The notes: a model not told the origin generated them from the letters alone. DNA of 64,000 nucleotides from Escherichia coli (GCF_003334405.1 NZ_QOWM01000001.1), one strand, 5' to 3'. Shown: positions 8,869-20,403, counted from the first letter of the stretch. Translations and numbers: made by a program.

Positions 8869-9714
8869 TTATTTCACTGGCTCAACCGGTAAATCTGCCC
8901 GCGCGCCCCATTCACTCCATGCGCCGTCGTACAGTTTCACGTTTGGCACATCCAGCGTCGCGAGTGCTAACAAAACCACGGCTGCCGTTACACCAGAGCC
9001 GCAGCTGACGATAATTGGTTTGTCGTAGCTGACGCCGCGACCAAAAAATATCGCATCCAGTTCATCGGTCGTTTTTAGTTCGCCTTCGCGCACCAGTTCC
9101 GTCCACGGAACATTCAGTGCTCCGGGAATATGTCCGCGACGTAAACCTGGGCGAGGTTCATCAACTTCTGCGTTAAAACGTGCAGCCGGGCGGGCATCAA
9201 TAATTTGCGCCGTATTTTCATGGCTTGCCAATAATACATCGGTTACTTTCACCACGGCTTCAGGATTAAACGCGGCGTTAAACTCTCCTTCCGGCAGCTC
9301 TACTGCACCTTCTTCTAACAGCAGATCATCGCGCTGCCAGCCTGCAAGTCCACCCCCCAGAATCGACACTTTCTCTACACCAAAGGTGCGCAGCATCCAC
9401 CATGCTCGTGGGGCTGAGAAAAGATTACCTTCGTCATAGACAATCAGGTGCTTATCCTGGTTAACGCCTAATTCACGCATCGCCACGGCGAACGTTTCCG
9501 GGCGCGGCAGCATGTGCGGAAGCGGGGAAGTGTGATCAGAAAGCGCTTCGATATCAAAAAACACTGCGCCGGGAATATGTCCATTCAGATACTCCTGAGC
9601 AACGTTACGATCCTCCTGTCCAGGCGACGCCATGCGGGCATCGATAATCTGAATTTCCGGGTCATCAATATGTTCGGCGAGCCAGTCGGCTCCTACAAAC
9701 CATGTCGTGGACAT
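8869..9714 (-). CDS. sseA: 3-mercaptopyruvate sulfurtransferase SseA (rhodanese family)
   Basis: ORF 8869-9873 trimmed to ATG 9714 (281 aa, MSTTWFVGADWLAEHIDDPE); active-site CGSGVTA. Confidence 0.94.
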   Translation of the reverse strand: MSTTWFVGADWLAEHIDDPEIQIIDARMASPGQEDRNVAQEYLNGHIPGAVFFDIEALSDHTSPLPHMLPRPETFAVAMRELGVNQDKHLIVYDEGNLFSAPRAWWMLRTFGVEKVSILGGGLAGWQRDDLLLEEGAVELPEGEFNAAFNPEAVVKVTDVLLASHENTAQIIDARPAARFNAEVDEPRPGLRRGHIPGALNVPWTELVREGELKTTDELDAIFFGRGVSYDKPIIVSCGSGVTAAVVLLALATLDVPNVKLYDGAWSEWGARADLPVEPVK

Positions 9715-9920
9715 AGGCATCTCCATTTTTGCCGGGGTTAGGCTAAATTGTCGGATGTTTAGTGAAAAGCGACAAGCAAAAGAGGCTGATTTGGCTGTCT
9801 GAGCCACAATTCTCACTAAAATTCGGATTGTATGGGCGTGATACTGAATTACATAACGTAAATTCTCACGCATAATAATTATTCGACGTTGCTAACGGGC
9901 CATTGTGGCAGGGATGAAAA

Positions 9921-12900
9921 ATGAAAAAGTTACGCGTAGCCGCCTGCATGCTAATGCTGGCGCTGGCAGGGTGCGACAACAACGATAACGCGCCAACAGC
10001 GGTGAAAAAAGATGCGCCTTCTGAAGTTACTAAAGCGGCCTCTTCAGAAAACGCGAGTTCAGCAAAACTCTCCGTGCCGGAGAGACAAAAACTGGCCCAA
10101 CAGAGTGCCGGTAAGGTGCTGACATTGCTGGATCTCTCTGAAGTCCAACTTGATGGTGCAGCCACGCTGGTGCTGACGTTCTCCATCCCTCTCGACCCGG
10201 ATCAGGATTTCTCACGCGTTATTCATGTCGTCGATAAAAAAAGCGGCAAAGTGGATGGTGCCTGGGAGCTGTCAGATAATCTTAAAGAGTTACGTTTACG
10301 CCACCTCGAACCGAAACGTGATTTGATCGTTACTATTGGCAAGGAGGTCAAAGCACTCAACAACGCAACCTTCAGTAAAGATTACGAAAAAACTATAACT
10401 ACCCGCGACATCCAACCCAGCGTCGGTTTTGCCAGCCGTGGTTCGCTGCTGCCTGGCAAAGTCGTTGAAGGGCTGCCGGTAATGGCGCTCAACGTTAATA
10501 ATGTCGATGTTAACTTCTTCCGCGTTAAGCCAGAATCTCTGCCAGCATTCATTAGCCAATGGGAATACCGCAATTCGCTGGCGAACTGGCAGTCAGACAA
10601 ACTGCTGCAGATGGCGGATCTGGTCTACACCGGACGGTTTGATCTCAATCCTGCGCGTAACACCCGTGAAAAATTATTGCTGCCGCTGGGCGATATCAAA
10701 CCGCTTCAGCAGGCGGGCGTGTATCTGGCTGTGATGAATCAGGCTGGACGTTACGATTACAGTAATCCCGCGACGCTGTTTACGTTAAGTGATATCGGCG
10801 TTTCAGCTCACCGTTATCACAATCGTCTGGATATCTTTACCCAAAGTCTGGAAAACGGCGCGGCCCAGCAAGGAATTGAAGTCTCTTTATTAAATGAGAA
10901 AGGGCAGACTCTGACTCAGGCAACCAGTGACGCTCAGGGGCATGTGCAGCTGGAAAATGATAAAAACGCGGCATTACTGTTGGCGCGTAAAGACGGTCAG
11001 ACAACGCTACTCGATTTAAAACTTCCGGCGCTGGACTTAGCAGAATTTAACATTGCTGGCGCGCCAGGCTATAGCAAACAGTTTTTCATGTTTGGCCCAC
11101 GCGATCTTTATCGCCCAGGTGAAACGGTAATCCTCAATGGTTTGCTGCGTGATGCAGACGGTAAAGCGTTGCCCAATCAACCCATCAAGTTAGACGTGAT
11201 TAAACCCGATGGGCAGGTACTCAGGAGCGTCGTTAGTCAGCCGGAGAATGGCCTCTACCACTTTACCTGGCCACTCGATAGCAATGCGGCAACCGGTATG
11301 TGGCATATTCGCGCTAACACGGGCGATAATCAGTATCGGATGTGGGATTTCCACGTCGAAGATTTTATGCCAGAGCGCATGGCGCTGAATCTGACCGGTG
11401 AGAAAACCCCGCTAACGCCGAAAGATGAAGTGAAATTCTCCGTGGTGGGGTACTACCTGTATGGTGCACCTGCTAATGGTAATACTTTGCAAGGGCAACT
11501 TTTCCTGCGCCCACTGCGTGAAGCTGTGTCAGCCTTACCTGGTTTTGAATTCGGCGATATAGCTGCCGAAAATCTTTCCCGCACGCTGGATGAAGTTCAG
11601 TTGACGCTGGATGATAAAGGGCGCGGCGAAGTTTCTACAGAAAGCCAGTGGAAGGAAACGCATTCCCCATTACAGGTTATTTTCCAGGGTAGTTTGCTGG
11701 AATCGGGCGGTCGCCCGGTGACGCGCCGCGCTGAGCAGGCTATCTGGCCTGCCGATGCATTGCCGGGGATCCGTCCGCAGTTCGCCTCGAAATCGGTTTA
11801 CGATTATCGTACTGACAGCACGGTGAAACAGCCCATTGTTGATGAAGGCAGTAACGCCGCTTTTGACATCGTTTATAGCGATGCGCAAGGCGTGAAAAAA
11901 GCCGTGTCGGGCTTGCAGGTGCGCCTGATTCGCGAACGCCGCGATTACTACTGGAACTGGTCAGAAGATGAAGGCTGGCAGTCACAGTTTGATCAAAAAG
12001 ATCTGATCGAAAATGAACAAACTCTGGATCTGAAAGCGGACGAAACCGGCAAGGTCAGTTTTCCGGTAGAGTGGGGCGCTTATCGTCTGGAAGTCAAAGC
12101 GCCGAATGAAGCGGTCAGTAGTGTTCGTTTCTGGGCTGGCTATAGCTGGCAGGACAACAGCGACGGTAGCGGCGCAGTGCGACCCGACCGTGTCACGCTG
12201 AAACTGGATAAAGCCAGTTATCGCCCTGGCGACACCATTAAGTTGCATATCGCCGCGCCAACGGCGGGTAAAGGTTATGCGATGGTCGAGTCCAGTGAAG
12301 GGCCGCTGTGGTGGCAAGAGATTGATGTTCGGGCTCAAGGGCTGGATCTGACGATTCCGGTCGATAAAACCTGGAATCGTCATGATCTGTATTTAAGTAC
12401 GCTGGTGGTACGTCCTGGCGATAAATCTCGCTCCGCGACGCCAAAACGCGCGGTTGGTGTGTTGCATCTGCCGCTTGGCGATGAAAACCGTCGCCTCGAT
12501 CTGGCGCTGGAAACACCAGCAAAAATGCGTCCCAATCAACCATTAACCGTGAAAATTAAAGCCAGCACTAAAAATGGCGAGAAGCCTAAACAGGTGAATG
12601 TGCTGGTGTCTGCCGTTGATAGTGGTGTGCTGAATATTACTGACTACGTCACGCCAGATCCGTGGCAGGCGTTCTTTGGTCAGAAACGCTATGGCGCAGA
12701 CATTTACGATATTTACGGTCAGGTTATTGAAGGTCAGGGGCGTCTGGCAGCTCTGCGTTTCGGTGGCGATGGTGATGAGCTGAAACGTGGTGGTAAACCG
12801 CCGGTCAATCACGTCAATATTGTCGTGCAGCAGGCGCTGCCGGTAACGCTCAACGAACAGGGCGAAGGCTCGGTTACACTGCCGATTGGCGATTTTAACG

Positions 12901-14882
12901 GTGAATTGCGCGTCATGGCGCAAGCCTGGACGGCAGATGACTTCGGTAGCAACGAAAGTAAAGTGATAGTTGCCGCACCGGTGATTGCTGAACTGAACAT
13001 GCCGCGCTTTATGGCGAGTGGCGATACCTCGCGTCTGACGCTGGATATCACTAATCTTACCGATAAACCGCAAAAACTGAACGTTGCCCTGACCGCCAGT
13101 GGTTTGCTTGAACTGGTCAGCGATTCACCCGCAGCCGTTGAATTAGCGCCAGGTGTGCGTACTACGCTGTTTATCCCGGTGCGAGCATTGCCGGGTTATG
13201 GCGATGGAGAAATTCAGGCCACCATTAGCGGGTTAGCGTTACCGGGTGAAACCGTTGCCGATCAGCATAAGCAGTGGAAAATCGGCGTCCGTCCGGCGTT
13301 CCCGGCACAAACGGTTAATTACGGTACGGCGTTACAGCCTGGTGAGACATGGGCGATTCCGGCGGATGGATTGCAAAACTTCTCGCCTGTTACGCTGGAA
13401 GGGCAATTGTTGTTGAGCGGCAAACCACCGCTGAACATCGCACGTTATATCAAAGAGTTAAAAGCGTATCCGTACGGCTGTCTTGAGCAAACCGCCAGCG
13501 GCCTGTTTCCGTCACTTTATACCAACGCAGCCCAACTGCAGGCGTTGGGCATCAAAGGCGACAGTGATGAGAAACGCCGTGCATCGGTCGATATCGGCAT
13601 TTCCCGTTTGCTGCAAATGCAACGTGATAACGGCGGCTTTGCGCTGTGGGATAAAAACGGTGACGAAGAGTACTGGCTGACGGCTTACGTGATGGATTTC
13701 CTGGTCCGCGCAGGCGAACAGGGTTACAGCGTGCCGACAGACGCCATTAACCGGGGTAATGAGCGTCTGCTGCGCTATTTACAAGATCCGGGCATGATGT
13801 CGATCCCGTACGCGGATAATCTCAAAGCCAGTAAATTCGCCGTACAGTCTTACGCTGCGCTGGTGTTGGCCCGTCAGCAAAAGGCTCCGCTGGGTGCGCT
13901 GCGTGAAATCTGGGAGCATCGTGCAGATGCCGCTTCTGGTTTACCGCTGCTGCAACTTGGCGTTGCGCTGAAAACCATGGGTGATGCGACGCGTGGTGAA
14001 GAAGCGATTGCGCTGGCGCTGAAAACGCCGCGTAATAGTGATGAGCGGATATGGCTGGGTGATTACGGTAGTTCACTGCGCGACAACGCGTTAATGCTCT
14101 CCTTGCTGGAAGAAAATAAACTGCTACCCGATGAGCAGTACACTTTGCTGAACACACTTTCGCAGCAGGCGTTTGGTGAACGCTGGCTATCGACGCAGGA
14201 AAGTAACGCGTTGTTCCTGGCTGCCCGTACGATTCAGGATTTACCCGGTAAATGGCAGGCGCAAACCTCTTTCTCAGCTGAGCAGCTGACAGGCGAGAAA
14301 GCGCAAAACAGCAATCTGAATAGCGATCAACTTGTCACCTTGCAGGTGAGCAACAGTGGCGATCAGCCGTTATGGTTGCGTATGGATGCCAGCGGTTATC
14401 CGCAATCCGCACCTTTACCGGCGAACAATGTGCTGCAAATCGAGCGTCATATTCTTGGTACTGATGGTAAGAGCAAATCGCTGGACTCGTTACGTAGCGG
14501 CGATCTGGTGCTGGTGTGGTTGCAGGTAAAAGCCAGTAACAGCGTGCCGGATGCGTTAGTCGTGGATCTGCTGCCTGCGGGTCTGGAACTGGAAAACCAG
14601 AATCTGGCGAACGGTAGCGCCAGCCTGGAGCAAAGTGGTGGCGAAGTGCAGAACTTACTGAACCAGATGCAGCAGGCGAGCATTAAGCACATTGAGTTCC
14701 GTGACGATCGCTTTGTGGCGGCGGTTGCCGTTGATGAATACCAACCGGTAACGCTGGTGTATCTGGCGCGGGCGGTGACGCCGGGAACGTATCAGGTACC
14801 GCAACCGATGGTGGAATCAATGTATGTTCCCCAATGGCGGGCGACCGGCGCGGCTGAAGATCTGCTGATTGTCAGACCGTAA
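9921..14882 (+). CDS. yfhM: alpha-2-macroglobulin family lipoprotein YfhM
   Basis: 1653-aa ORF; lipobox LALAGC at N-term; thioester motif CLEQ at 13479-13490 (YPYGCLEQTASG). Confidence 0.96.
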   Translation: MKKLRVAACMLMLALAGCDNNDNAPTAVKKDAPSEVTKAASSENASSAKLSVPERQKLAQQSAGKVLTLLDLSEVQLDGAATLVLTFSIPLDPDQDFSRVIHVVDKKSGKVDGAWELSDNLKELRLRHLEPKRDLIVTIGKEVKALNNATFSKDYEKTITTRDIQPSVGFASRGSLLPGKVVEGLPVMALNVNNVDVNFFRVKPESLPAFISQWEYRNSLANWQSDKLLQMADLVYTGRFDLNPARNTREKLLLPLGDIKPLQQAGVYLAVMNQAGRYDYSNPATLFTLSDIGVSAHRYHNRLDIFTQSLENGAAQQGIEVSLLNEKGQTLTQATSDAQGHVQLENDKNAALLLARKDGQTTLLDLKLPALDLAEFNIAGAPGYSKQFFMFGPRDLYRPGETVILNGLLRDADGKALPNQPIKLDVIKPDGQVLRSVVSQPENGLYHFTWPLDSNAATGMWHIRANTGDNQYRMWDFHVEDFMPERMALNLTGEKTPLTPKDEVKFSVVGYYLYGAPANGNTLQGQLFLRPLREAVSALPGFEFGDIAAENLSRTLDEVQLTLDDKGRGEVSTESQWKETHSPLQVIFQGSLLESGGRPVTRRAEQAIWPADALPGIRPQFASKSVYDYRTDSTVKQPIVDEGSNAAFDIVYSDAQGVKKAVSGLQVRLIRERRDYYWNWSEDEGWQSQFDQKDLIENEQTLDLKADETGKVSFPVEWGAYRLEVKAPNEAVSSVRFWAGYSWQDNSDGSGAVRPDRVTLKLDKASYRPGDTIKLHIAAPTAGKGYAMVESSEGPLWWQEIDVRAQGLDLTIPVDKTWNRHDLYLSTLVVRPGDKSRSATPKRAVGVLHLPLGDENRRLDLALETPAKMRPNQPLTVKIKASTKNGEKPKQVNVLVSAVDSGVLNITDYVTPDPWQAFFGQKRYGADIYDIYGQVIEGQGRLAALRFGGDGDELKRGGKPPVNHVNIVVQQALPVTLNEQGEGSVTLPIGDFNGELRVMAQAWTADDFGSNESKVIVAAPVIAELNMPRFMASGDTSRLTLDITNLTDKPQKLNVALTASGLLELVSDSPAAVELAPGVRTTLFIPVRALPGYGDGEIQATISGLALPGETVADQHKQWKIGVRPAFPAQTVNYGTALQPGETWAIPADGLQNFSPVTLEGQLLLSGKPPLNIARYIKELKAYPYGCLEQTASGLFPSLYTNAAQLQALGIKGDSDEKRRASVDIGISRLLQMQRDNGGFALWDKNGDEEYWLTAYVMDFLVRAGEQGYSVPTDAINRGNERLLRYLQDPGMMSIPYADNLKASKFAVQSYAALVLARQQKAPLGALREIWEHRADAASGLPLLQLGVALKTMGDATRGEEAIALALKTPRNSDERIWLGDYGSSLRDNALMLSLLEENKLLPDEQYTLLNTLSQQAFGERWLSTQESNALFLAARTIQDLPGKWQAQTSFSAEQLTGEKAQNSNLNSDQLVTLQVSNSGDQPLWLRMDASGYPQSAPLPANNVLQIERHILGTDGKSKSLDSLRSGDLVLVWLQVKASNSVPDALVVDLLPAGLELENQNLANGSASLEQSGGEVQNLLNQMQQASIKHIEFRDDRFVAAVAVDEYQPVTLVYLARAVTPGTYQVPQPMVESMYVPQWRATGAAEDLLIVRP

Positions 14883-17195
14883 ATGCCTCGCTTGTTAACC
14901 AAACGCGGCTGCTGGATAACGTTGGCAGCCGCGCCCTTTCTCCTTTTTCTTGCAGCGTGGGGAGCAGATAAACTCTGGCCTCTACCGCTGCATGAAGTCA
15001 ATCCCGCACGAGTGGTCGTGGCGCAGGATGGTACGCCGCTCTGGCGCTTCGCCGATGCTGACGGCATCTGGCGTTATCCGGTAACAATCGAAGATGTTTC
15101 TCCACGTTACCTTGAAGCGCTGATCAATTATGAAGATCGCTGGTTCTGGAAGCATCCGGGGGTGAATCCATTCTCGGTGGCGCGCGCAGCATGGCAAGAT
15201 CTCACTTCGGGACGGGTTATTTCCGGTGGCAGCACGCTCACTATGCAGGTTGCTCGTCTGCTTGATCCTCACCCCAAAACATTTGGCGGCAAAATTCGCC
15301 AGCTCTGGCGCGCGTTGCAACTGGAATGGCATCTGTCTAAGCGTGAAATTCTGACCTTGTATCTTAACCGCGCTCCGTTTGGCGGTACGTTGCAGGGGAT
15401 CGGTGCGGCAAGTTGGGCTTATCTCGGAAAATCGCCTGCGAATTTAAGCTATTCCGAGGCGGCAATGCTGGCGGTTTTGCCGCAAGCGCCCAGCCGTCTT
15501 CGCCCGGATCGTTGGCCGGAGCGTGCCGAAGCCGCGCGTAATAAAGTGCTCGAACGGATGGCCGTGCAAGGTGTGTGGTCCCGTGAGCAGGTAAAAGAGT
15601 CAAGGGAAGAACCCATCTGGCTGGCCCCCCGACAAATGCCGCAACTGGCACCGCTGTTTTCGCGCATGATGCTCGGTAAAAGCAAAAGCGACAAAATCAC
15701 TACTACGTTGGATGCCGGTCTTCAACGACGTCTGGAAGAACTGGCGCAAAACTGGAAAGGGCGGTTGCCACCGCGCAGCTCACTGGCGATGATCGTGGTT
15801 GATCATACCGATATGCGTGTTCGCGGCTGGGTGGGATCGGTTGATCTCAACGATGATTCACGCTTTGGTCATGTTGATATGGTCAATTCGATCCGATCGC
15901 CAGGATCAGTGCTCAAACCGTTTGTTTATGGTCTGGCGCTGGATGAAGGCTTGATCCACCCGGCATCACTGCTGCAAGACGTCCCCCGGCGCACCGGTGA
16001 TTATCGACCAGGTAACTTTGATAGCGGTTTTCATGGCCCGATCAGCATGAGCGAGGCGCTGGTGCGCTCGCTGAACTTACCTGCTGTGCAGGTGCTGGAA
16101 GCCTATGGACCGAAACGGTTTGCGGCAAAGTTACGCAATGTTGGATTGCCGTTATATTTGCCCAACGGTGCTGCGCCGAATCTTTCACTCATTCTCGGCG
16201 GCGCTGGTGCAAAACTGGAAGATATGGCGGCAGCGTATACCGCGTTTGCTCGCCACGGCAAGGCAGGCAAATTGCGCTTACAGCCTGACGATCCGCTGCT
16301 TGAACGGCCTTTAATGTCGTCGGGGGCGGCGTGGATCATTCGCCGGATTATGGCTGATGAAGCGCAACCCTTGCCGGATAGTGCCTTGCCGCGCGTCGCC
16401 CCACTGGCATGGAAAACGGGCACCAGCTATGGCTATCGTGACGCCTGGGCGATTGGGGTTAACGCTCGCTATGTCATTGGGATCTGGACTGGCAGACCGG
16501 ACGGCACGCCCGTTGTTGGTCAGTTTGGCTTTGCCAGTGCCGTACCATTGTTGAATCAGGTCAATAATATCTTACTGTCGCGCAGTGCGAATCTGCCGGA
16601 AGACCCGCGCCCGAACTCAGTCACTCGTGGCGTTATCTGCTGGCCGGGCGGACAGTCTTTGCCGGAAGGTGACGGTAACTGTCGCCGCCGCCTGGCAACC
16701 TGGCTGCTGGACGGGAGTCAGCCGCCAACTCTATTACTGCCGGAGCAGGAAGGCATTAATGGCATTCGTTTCCCCATCTGGCTGGATGAAAATGGCAAAC
16801 GTGTTGCCGCTGATTGCCCGCAAGCGCGACAAGAAATGATAAATGTCTGGCCGCTACCGCTGGAACCCTGGCTGCCCGCATCAGAACGTCGCGCTGTGCG
16901 CTTACCACCGGCCTCGACAAGTTGCCCGCCATACGGTCACGATGCCCAGCTCCCGCTGCAGCTGACAGGCGTTCGCGATGGCGCGATTATTAAACGTTTA
17001 CCGGGCGCAGCGGAAGCGACTTTGCCGTTGCAATCAAGTGGAGGGGCAGGTGAACGCTGGTGGTTTCTGAATGGCGAACCGTTAACTGAACGCGGGCGCA
17101 ACGTGACCCTGCATTTGACGGATAAAGGTGATTATCAATTGCTGGTGATGGATGACGTGGGGCAAATCGCGACAGTGAAATTTGTCATGCAATAG
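14883..17195 (+). CDS. pbpC: penicillin-binding protein 1C (bifunctional glycosyltransferase/transpeptidase)
   Basis: 770-aa ORF MPRLLTKRGCWITLAAAPF starting immediately after yfhM stop; glycosyltransferase motif EDRWFWKH; SxxK transpeptidase motif. Confidence 0.96.
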   Translation: MPRLLTKRGCWITLAAAPFLLFLAAWGADKLWPLPLHEVNPARVVVAQDGTPLWRFADADGIWRYPVTIEDVSPRYLEALINYEDRWFWKHPGVNPFSVARAAWQDLTSGRVISGGSTLTMQVARLLDPHPKTFGGKIRQLWRALQLEWHLSKREILTLYLNRAPFGGTLQGIGAASWAYLGKSPANLSYSEAAMLAVLPQAPSRLRPDRWPERAEAARNKVLERMAVQGVWSREQVKESREEPIWLAPRQMPQLAPLFSRMMLGKSKSDKITTTLDAGLQRRLEELAQNWKGRLPPRSSLAMIVVDHTDMRVRGWVGSVDLNDDSRFGHVDMVNSIRSPGSVLKPFVYGLALDEGLIHPASLLQDVPRRTGDYRPGNFDSGFHGPISMSEALVRSLNLPAVQVLEAYGPKRFAAKLRNVGLPLYLPNGAAPNLSLILGGAGAKLEDMAAAYTAFARHGKAGKLRLQPDDPLLERPLMSSGAAWIIRRIMADEAQPLPDSALPRVAPLAWKTGTSYGYRDAWAIGVNARYVIGIWTGRPDGTPVVGQFGFASAVPLLNQVNNILLSRSANLPEDPRPNSVTRGVICWPGGQSLPEGDGNCRRRLATWLLDGSQPPTLLLPEQEGINGIRFPIWLDENGKRVAADCPQARQEMINVWPLPLEPWLPASERRAVRLPPASTSCPPYGHDAQLPLQLTGVRDGAIIKRLPGAAEATLPLQSSGGAGERWWFLNGEPLTERGRNVTLHLTDKGDYQLLVMDDVGQIATVKFVMQ

Positions 17196-17281
17196 TCTGT
17201 TTTGTCCCTGATTGTTGCTAAAACTCATTTTATTTTAAAAAAATGTTACCTTCATCAATAGTCAACGGCCCTGTTGCTCAT

Positions 17282-17287
17282 TATAAT
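17282..17287 (+). promoter_or_regulatory. candidate -10 hexamer (TATAAT) for ndk
   Basis: TATAAT 57 bp upstream of ndk ATG; -35 not convincing. Confidence 0.3.
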
Positions 17288-17343
17288 CCGCGCCATCTCG
17301 TACGCTGGTACAGACAACAACAGAACAATTTACAGAGGTAAAA

Positions 17344-17775
17344 ATGGCTATTGAACGTACTTTTTCCATCATCAAACCGAACGCGGTAGCAAAAAACGTC
17401 ATTGGTAATATCTTTGCGCGCTTTGAAGCTGCAGGGTTCAAAATTGTTGGCACCAAAATGCTGCACCTGACCGTTGAACAGGCACGTGGCTTTTATGCTG
17501 AACACGATGGAAAACCGTTCTTTGATGGTCTGGTTGAATTCATGACCTCTGGCCCGATCGTGGTTTCCGTGCTGGAAGGTGAAAACGCCGTTCAGCGTCA
17601 CCGCGATCTGCTGGGCGCGACCAATCCGGCAAACGCACTGGCTGGTACTCTGCGCGCTGATTACGCTGACAGCCTGACCGAAAACGGTACCCACGGTTCT
17701 GATTCCGTCGAATCTGCCGCTCGCGAAATCGCTTATTTCTTTGGCGAAGGCGAAGTGTGCCCGCGCACCCGTTAA
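17344..17775 (+). CDS. ndk: nucleoside diphosphate kinase
   Basis: 143-aa [24 protein letters not shown]; active-site NGTHGSD. Confidence 0.97.
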
Positions 17776-17835
17776 TAATTTCGTAAATGCCGCGTGCAAA
17801 CGTGGCATCCGTGCGCCAGAATTTGTACAATGCAG

Positions 17836-17880
17836 CGCCCCCGGACGAGCAGCCGCTCACCGGGGCGTTTCTTTTTTCAA
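17836..17880 (+). terminator. candidate intrinsic terminator after ndk
   Basis: GC-rich hairpin cgcccccgg...ccggggcg followed by gtttcttttttc. Confidence 0.5.
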
Positions 17881-17924
17881 CCCTCCAGGGGCCATAACGT
17901 GTAATAACGAGGCCGGAATAGCAT

Positions 17925-19079
17925 ATGTCTGAACAATTAGTCACACCTGAAAACGTCACCACGAAAGATGGAAAAATCAACCTGCTGGATCTCAACCGTC
18001 AGCAGATGCGGGAGTTTTTTAAAGATTTAGGTGAAAAACCCTTCCGCGCCGATCAGGTGATGAAGTGGATGTATCACTATTGCTGCGACAACTTTGATGA
18101 GATGACCGACATCAACAAAGTGTTGCGCGGCAAACTGAAAGAGGTGGCGGAAATCCGCGCACCGGAAGTGGTTGAAGAACAGCGTTCATCTGACGGCACC
18201 ATTAAATGGGCGATCGCCGTTGGCGATCAGCGCGTCGAAACGGTGTATATCCCGGAAGACGACCGTGCCACGCTCTGCGTCTCTTCGCAGGTGGGGTGTG
18301 CGCTAGAGTGTAAATTCTGTTCCACCGCCCAGCAGGGCTTTAACCGCAACCTGCGGGTGTCGGAAATTATCGGCCAGGTGTGGCGTGCGGCGAAAATCGT
18401 CGGCGCAGCAAAAGTCACCGGTCAGCGTCCGATCACTAACGTAGTGATGATGGGCATGGGCGAGCCGCTGCTCAACCTGAACAACGTCGTTCCGGCGATG
18501 GAAATCATGCTTGATGATTTCGGTTTTGGCCTGTCTAAACGTCGCGTCACGCTTTCCACTTCCGGTGTAGTTCCGGCGCTGGATAAACTGGGCGATATGA
18601 TCGACGTTGCACTGGCAATTTCCCTGCACGCGCCGAACGACGAAATTCGTGACGAAATTGTGCCGATCAACAAAAAGTACAATATCGAAACGTTCCTTGC
18701 TGCGGTGCGCCGTTATCTGGAGAAATCCAACGCCAATCAGGGCCGAGTCACTATTGAATACGTGATGCTTGACCACGTTAACGACGGCACTGAACACGCG
18801 CACCAACTGGCGGAACTGCTGAAAGATACGCCGTGTAAGATCAACCTGATCCCGTGGAACCCGTTCCCGGGTGCGCCGTATGGACGCAGCTCGAACAGCC
18901 GTATCGACCGTTTCTCAAAAGTGCTGATGAGCTACGGTTTCACCACTATTGTGCGTAAAACTCGTGGTGATGATATCGATGCTGCCTGTGGTCAGTTGGC
19001 GGGCGATGTTATCGACCGTACGAAACGTACCCTGCGTAAACGGATGCAGGGTGAAGCCATCGACATTAAAGCGGTCTGA
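17925..19079 (+). CDS. rlmN: 23S rRNA/tRNA adenine C2 methyltransferase RlmN (radical SAM)
   Basis: 384-aa [23 protein letters not shown]; radical-SAM Cys motif CALECKFC. Confidence 0.96.
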
Positions 19080-19083
19080 TAGC

Positions 19084-19125
19084 CATTACGCCACGGTTAC
19101 TTTATGTACCGTGGCGTAATGTTTT
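19084..19125 (+). terminator. intrinsic terminator after rlmN
   Basis: Perfect 14-bp stem cattacgccacggt / accgtggcgtaatg with 10-nt loop, then ttttatg. Confidence 0.75.
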
Positions 19126-19363
19126 ATGAATGAAGTATTAAGTTGCAATTGTCTGGTCAATATTAACGGTGCGTTTTTGCTGACTTTAAGGCAGTATGTA
19201 ACGATGCAACAGTAAGTTAGCCTTAGTGAATGTGGGCTTTGTCACGAGCACACAGACGGTCTTATACTGTATGATAACGGTTAACTTAACGGATGTTTCG
19301 CGGTGTGGGTGAGCATGATGGTTCACCGGCATCTCAATTCTCATTTAAACGTACCTGCAGCGA

Positions 19364-20377
19364 ATGAATACTGAAGCCACGCACGACCAAAATGAAGCAC
19401 TTACTACCGGCGCTCGCCTGCGTAATGCTCGCGAACAACTAGGACTTAGTCAGCAGGCCGTTGCCGAGCGACTTTGCCTGAAGGTTTCCACGGTACGCGA
19501 CATTGAAGAAGATAAGGCACCCGCCGATCTTGCTTCAACATTCCTGCGCGGATATATCCGCTCTTATGCGCGTCTGGTACATATTCCAGAAGAAGAACTG
19601 CTGCCAGGGCTGGAAAAGCAGGCTCCACTTCGGGCTGCAAAAGTTGCGCCGATGCAGAGTTTTTCCCTCGGTAAACGCCGCAAAAAACGCGACGGCTGGC
19701 TGATGACCTTCACTTGGCTGGTGTTGTTTGTGGTTATCGGCCTGAGCGGTGCCTGGTGGTGGCAAGACCACAAAGCTCAGCAGGAAGAGATCACCACTAT
19801 GGCCGATCAATCTTCGGCGGAACTGAGCAGTAATAGCGAGCAGGGGCAGAGTGTTCCATTAAATACGTCGACAACTACAGACCCGGCTACAACGTCCACG
19901 CCGCCAGCGTCTGTGGATACTACCGCAACCAACACGCAAACACCTGCCGTAACTGCGCCAGCACCAGCTGTTGATCCGCAACAGAATGCGGTTGTTTCGC
20001 CTTCGCAGGCAAATGTTGATACCGCCGCGACCCCGGCACCAACGGCAGCAACAACGCCAGATGGTGCTGCGCCGTTGCCAACCGATCAGGCTGGCGTGAC
20101 CACGCCGGTGGCTGATCCGAATGCGCTGGTGATGAACTTTACTGCCGATTGCTGGCTGGAGGTCACTGATGCTACCGGTAAAAAATTGTTTAGCGGTATG
20201 CAGCGTAAAGACGGTAATTTGAACTTAACCGGCCAGGCACCGTACAAACTGAAAATTGGTGCGCCAGCCGCAGTACAGATCCAGTATCAAGGGAAACCTG
20301 TCGATCTGAGTCGTTTTATCAGAACTAACCAGGTTGCGCGTCTGACCCTCAATGCCGAACAATCACCGGCGCAGTAA
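19364..20377 (+). CDS. rodZ: cytoskeleton protein RodZ
   Basis: 337-aa ORF; N-terminal HTH ([21 protein letters not shown]), single TM segment, Pro/Thr/Ala-rich linker. Confidence 0.95.
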   Translation: MNTEATHDQNEALTTGARLRNAREQLGLSQQAVAERLCLKVSTVRDIEEDKAPADLASTFLRGYIRSYARLVHIPEEELLPGLEKQAPLRAAKVAPMQSFSLGKRRKKRDGWLMTFTWLVLFVVIGLSGAWWWQDHKAQQEEITTMADQSSAELSSNSEQGQSVPLNTSTTTDPATTSTPPASVDTTATNTQTPAVTAPAPAVDPQQNAVVSPSQANVDTAATPAPTAATTPDGAAPLPTDQAGVTTPVADPNALVMNFTADCWLEVTDATGKKLFSGMQRKDGNLNLTGQAPYKLKIGAPAAVQIQYQGKPVDLSRFIRTNQVARLTLNAEQSPAQ

Positions 20378-20403
20378 CAGACGGGTAACGCGGGAGATTT
20401 TTC

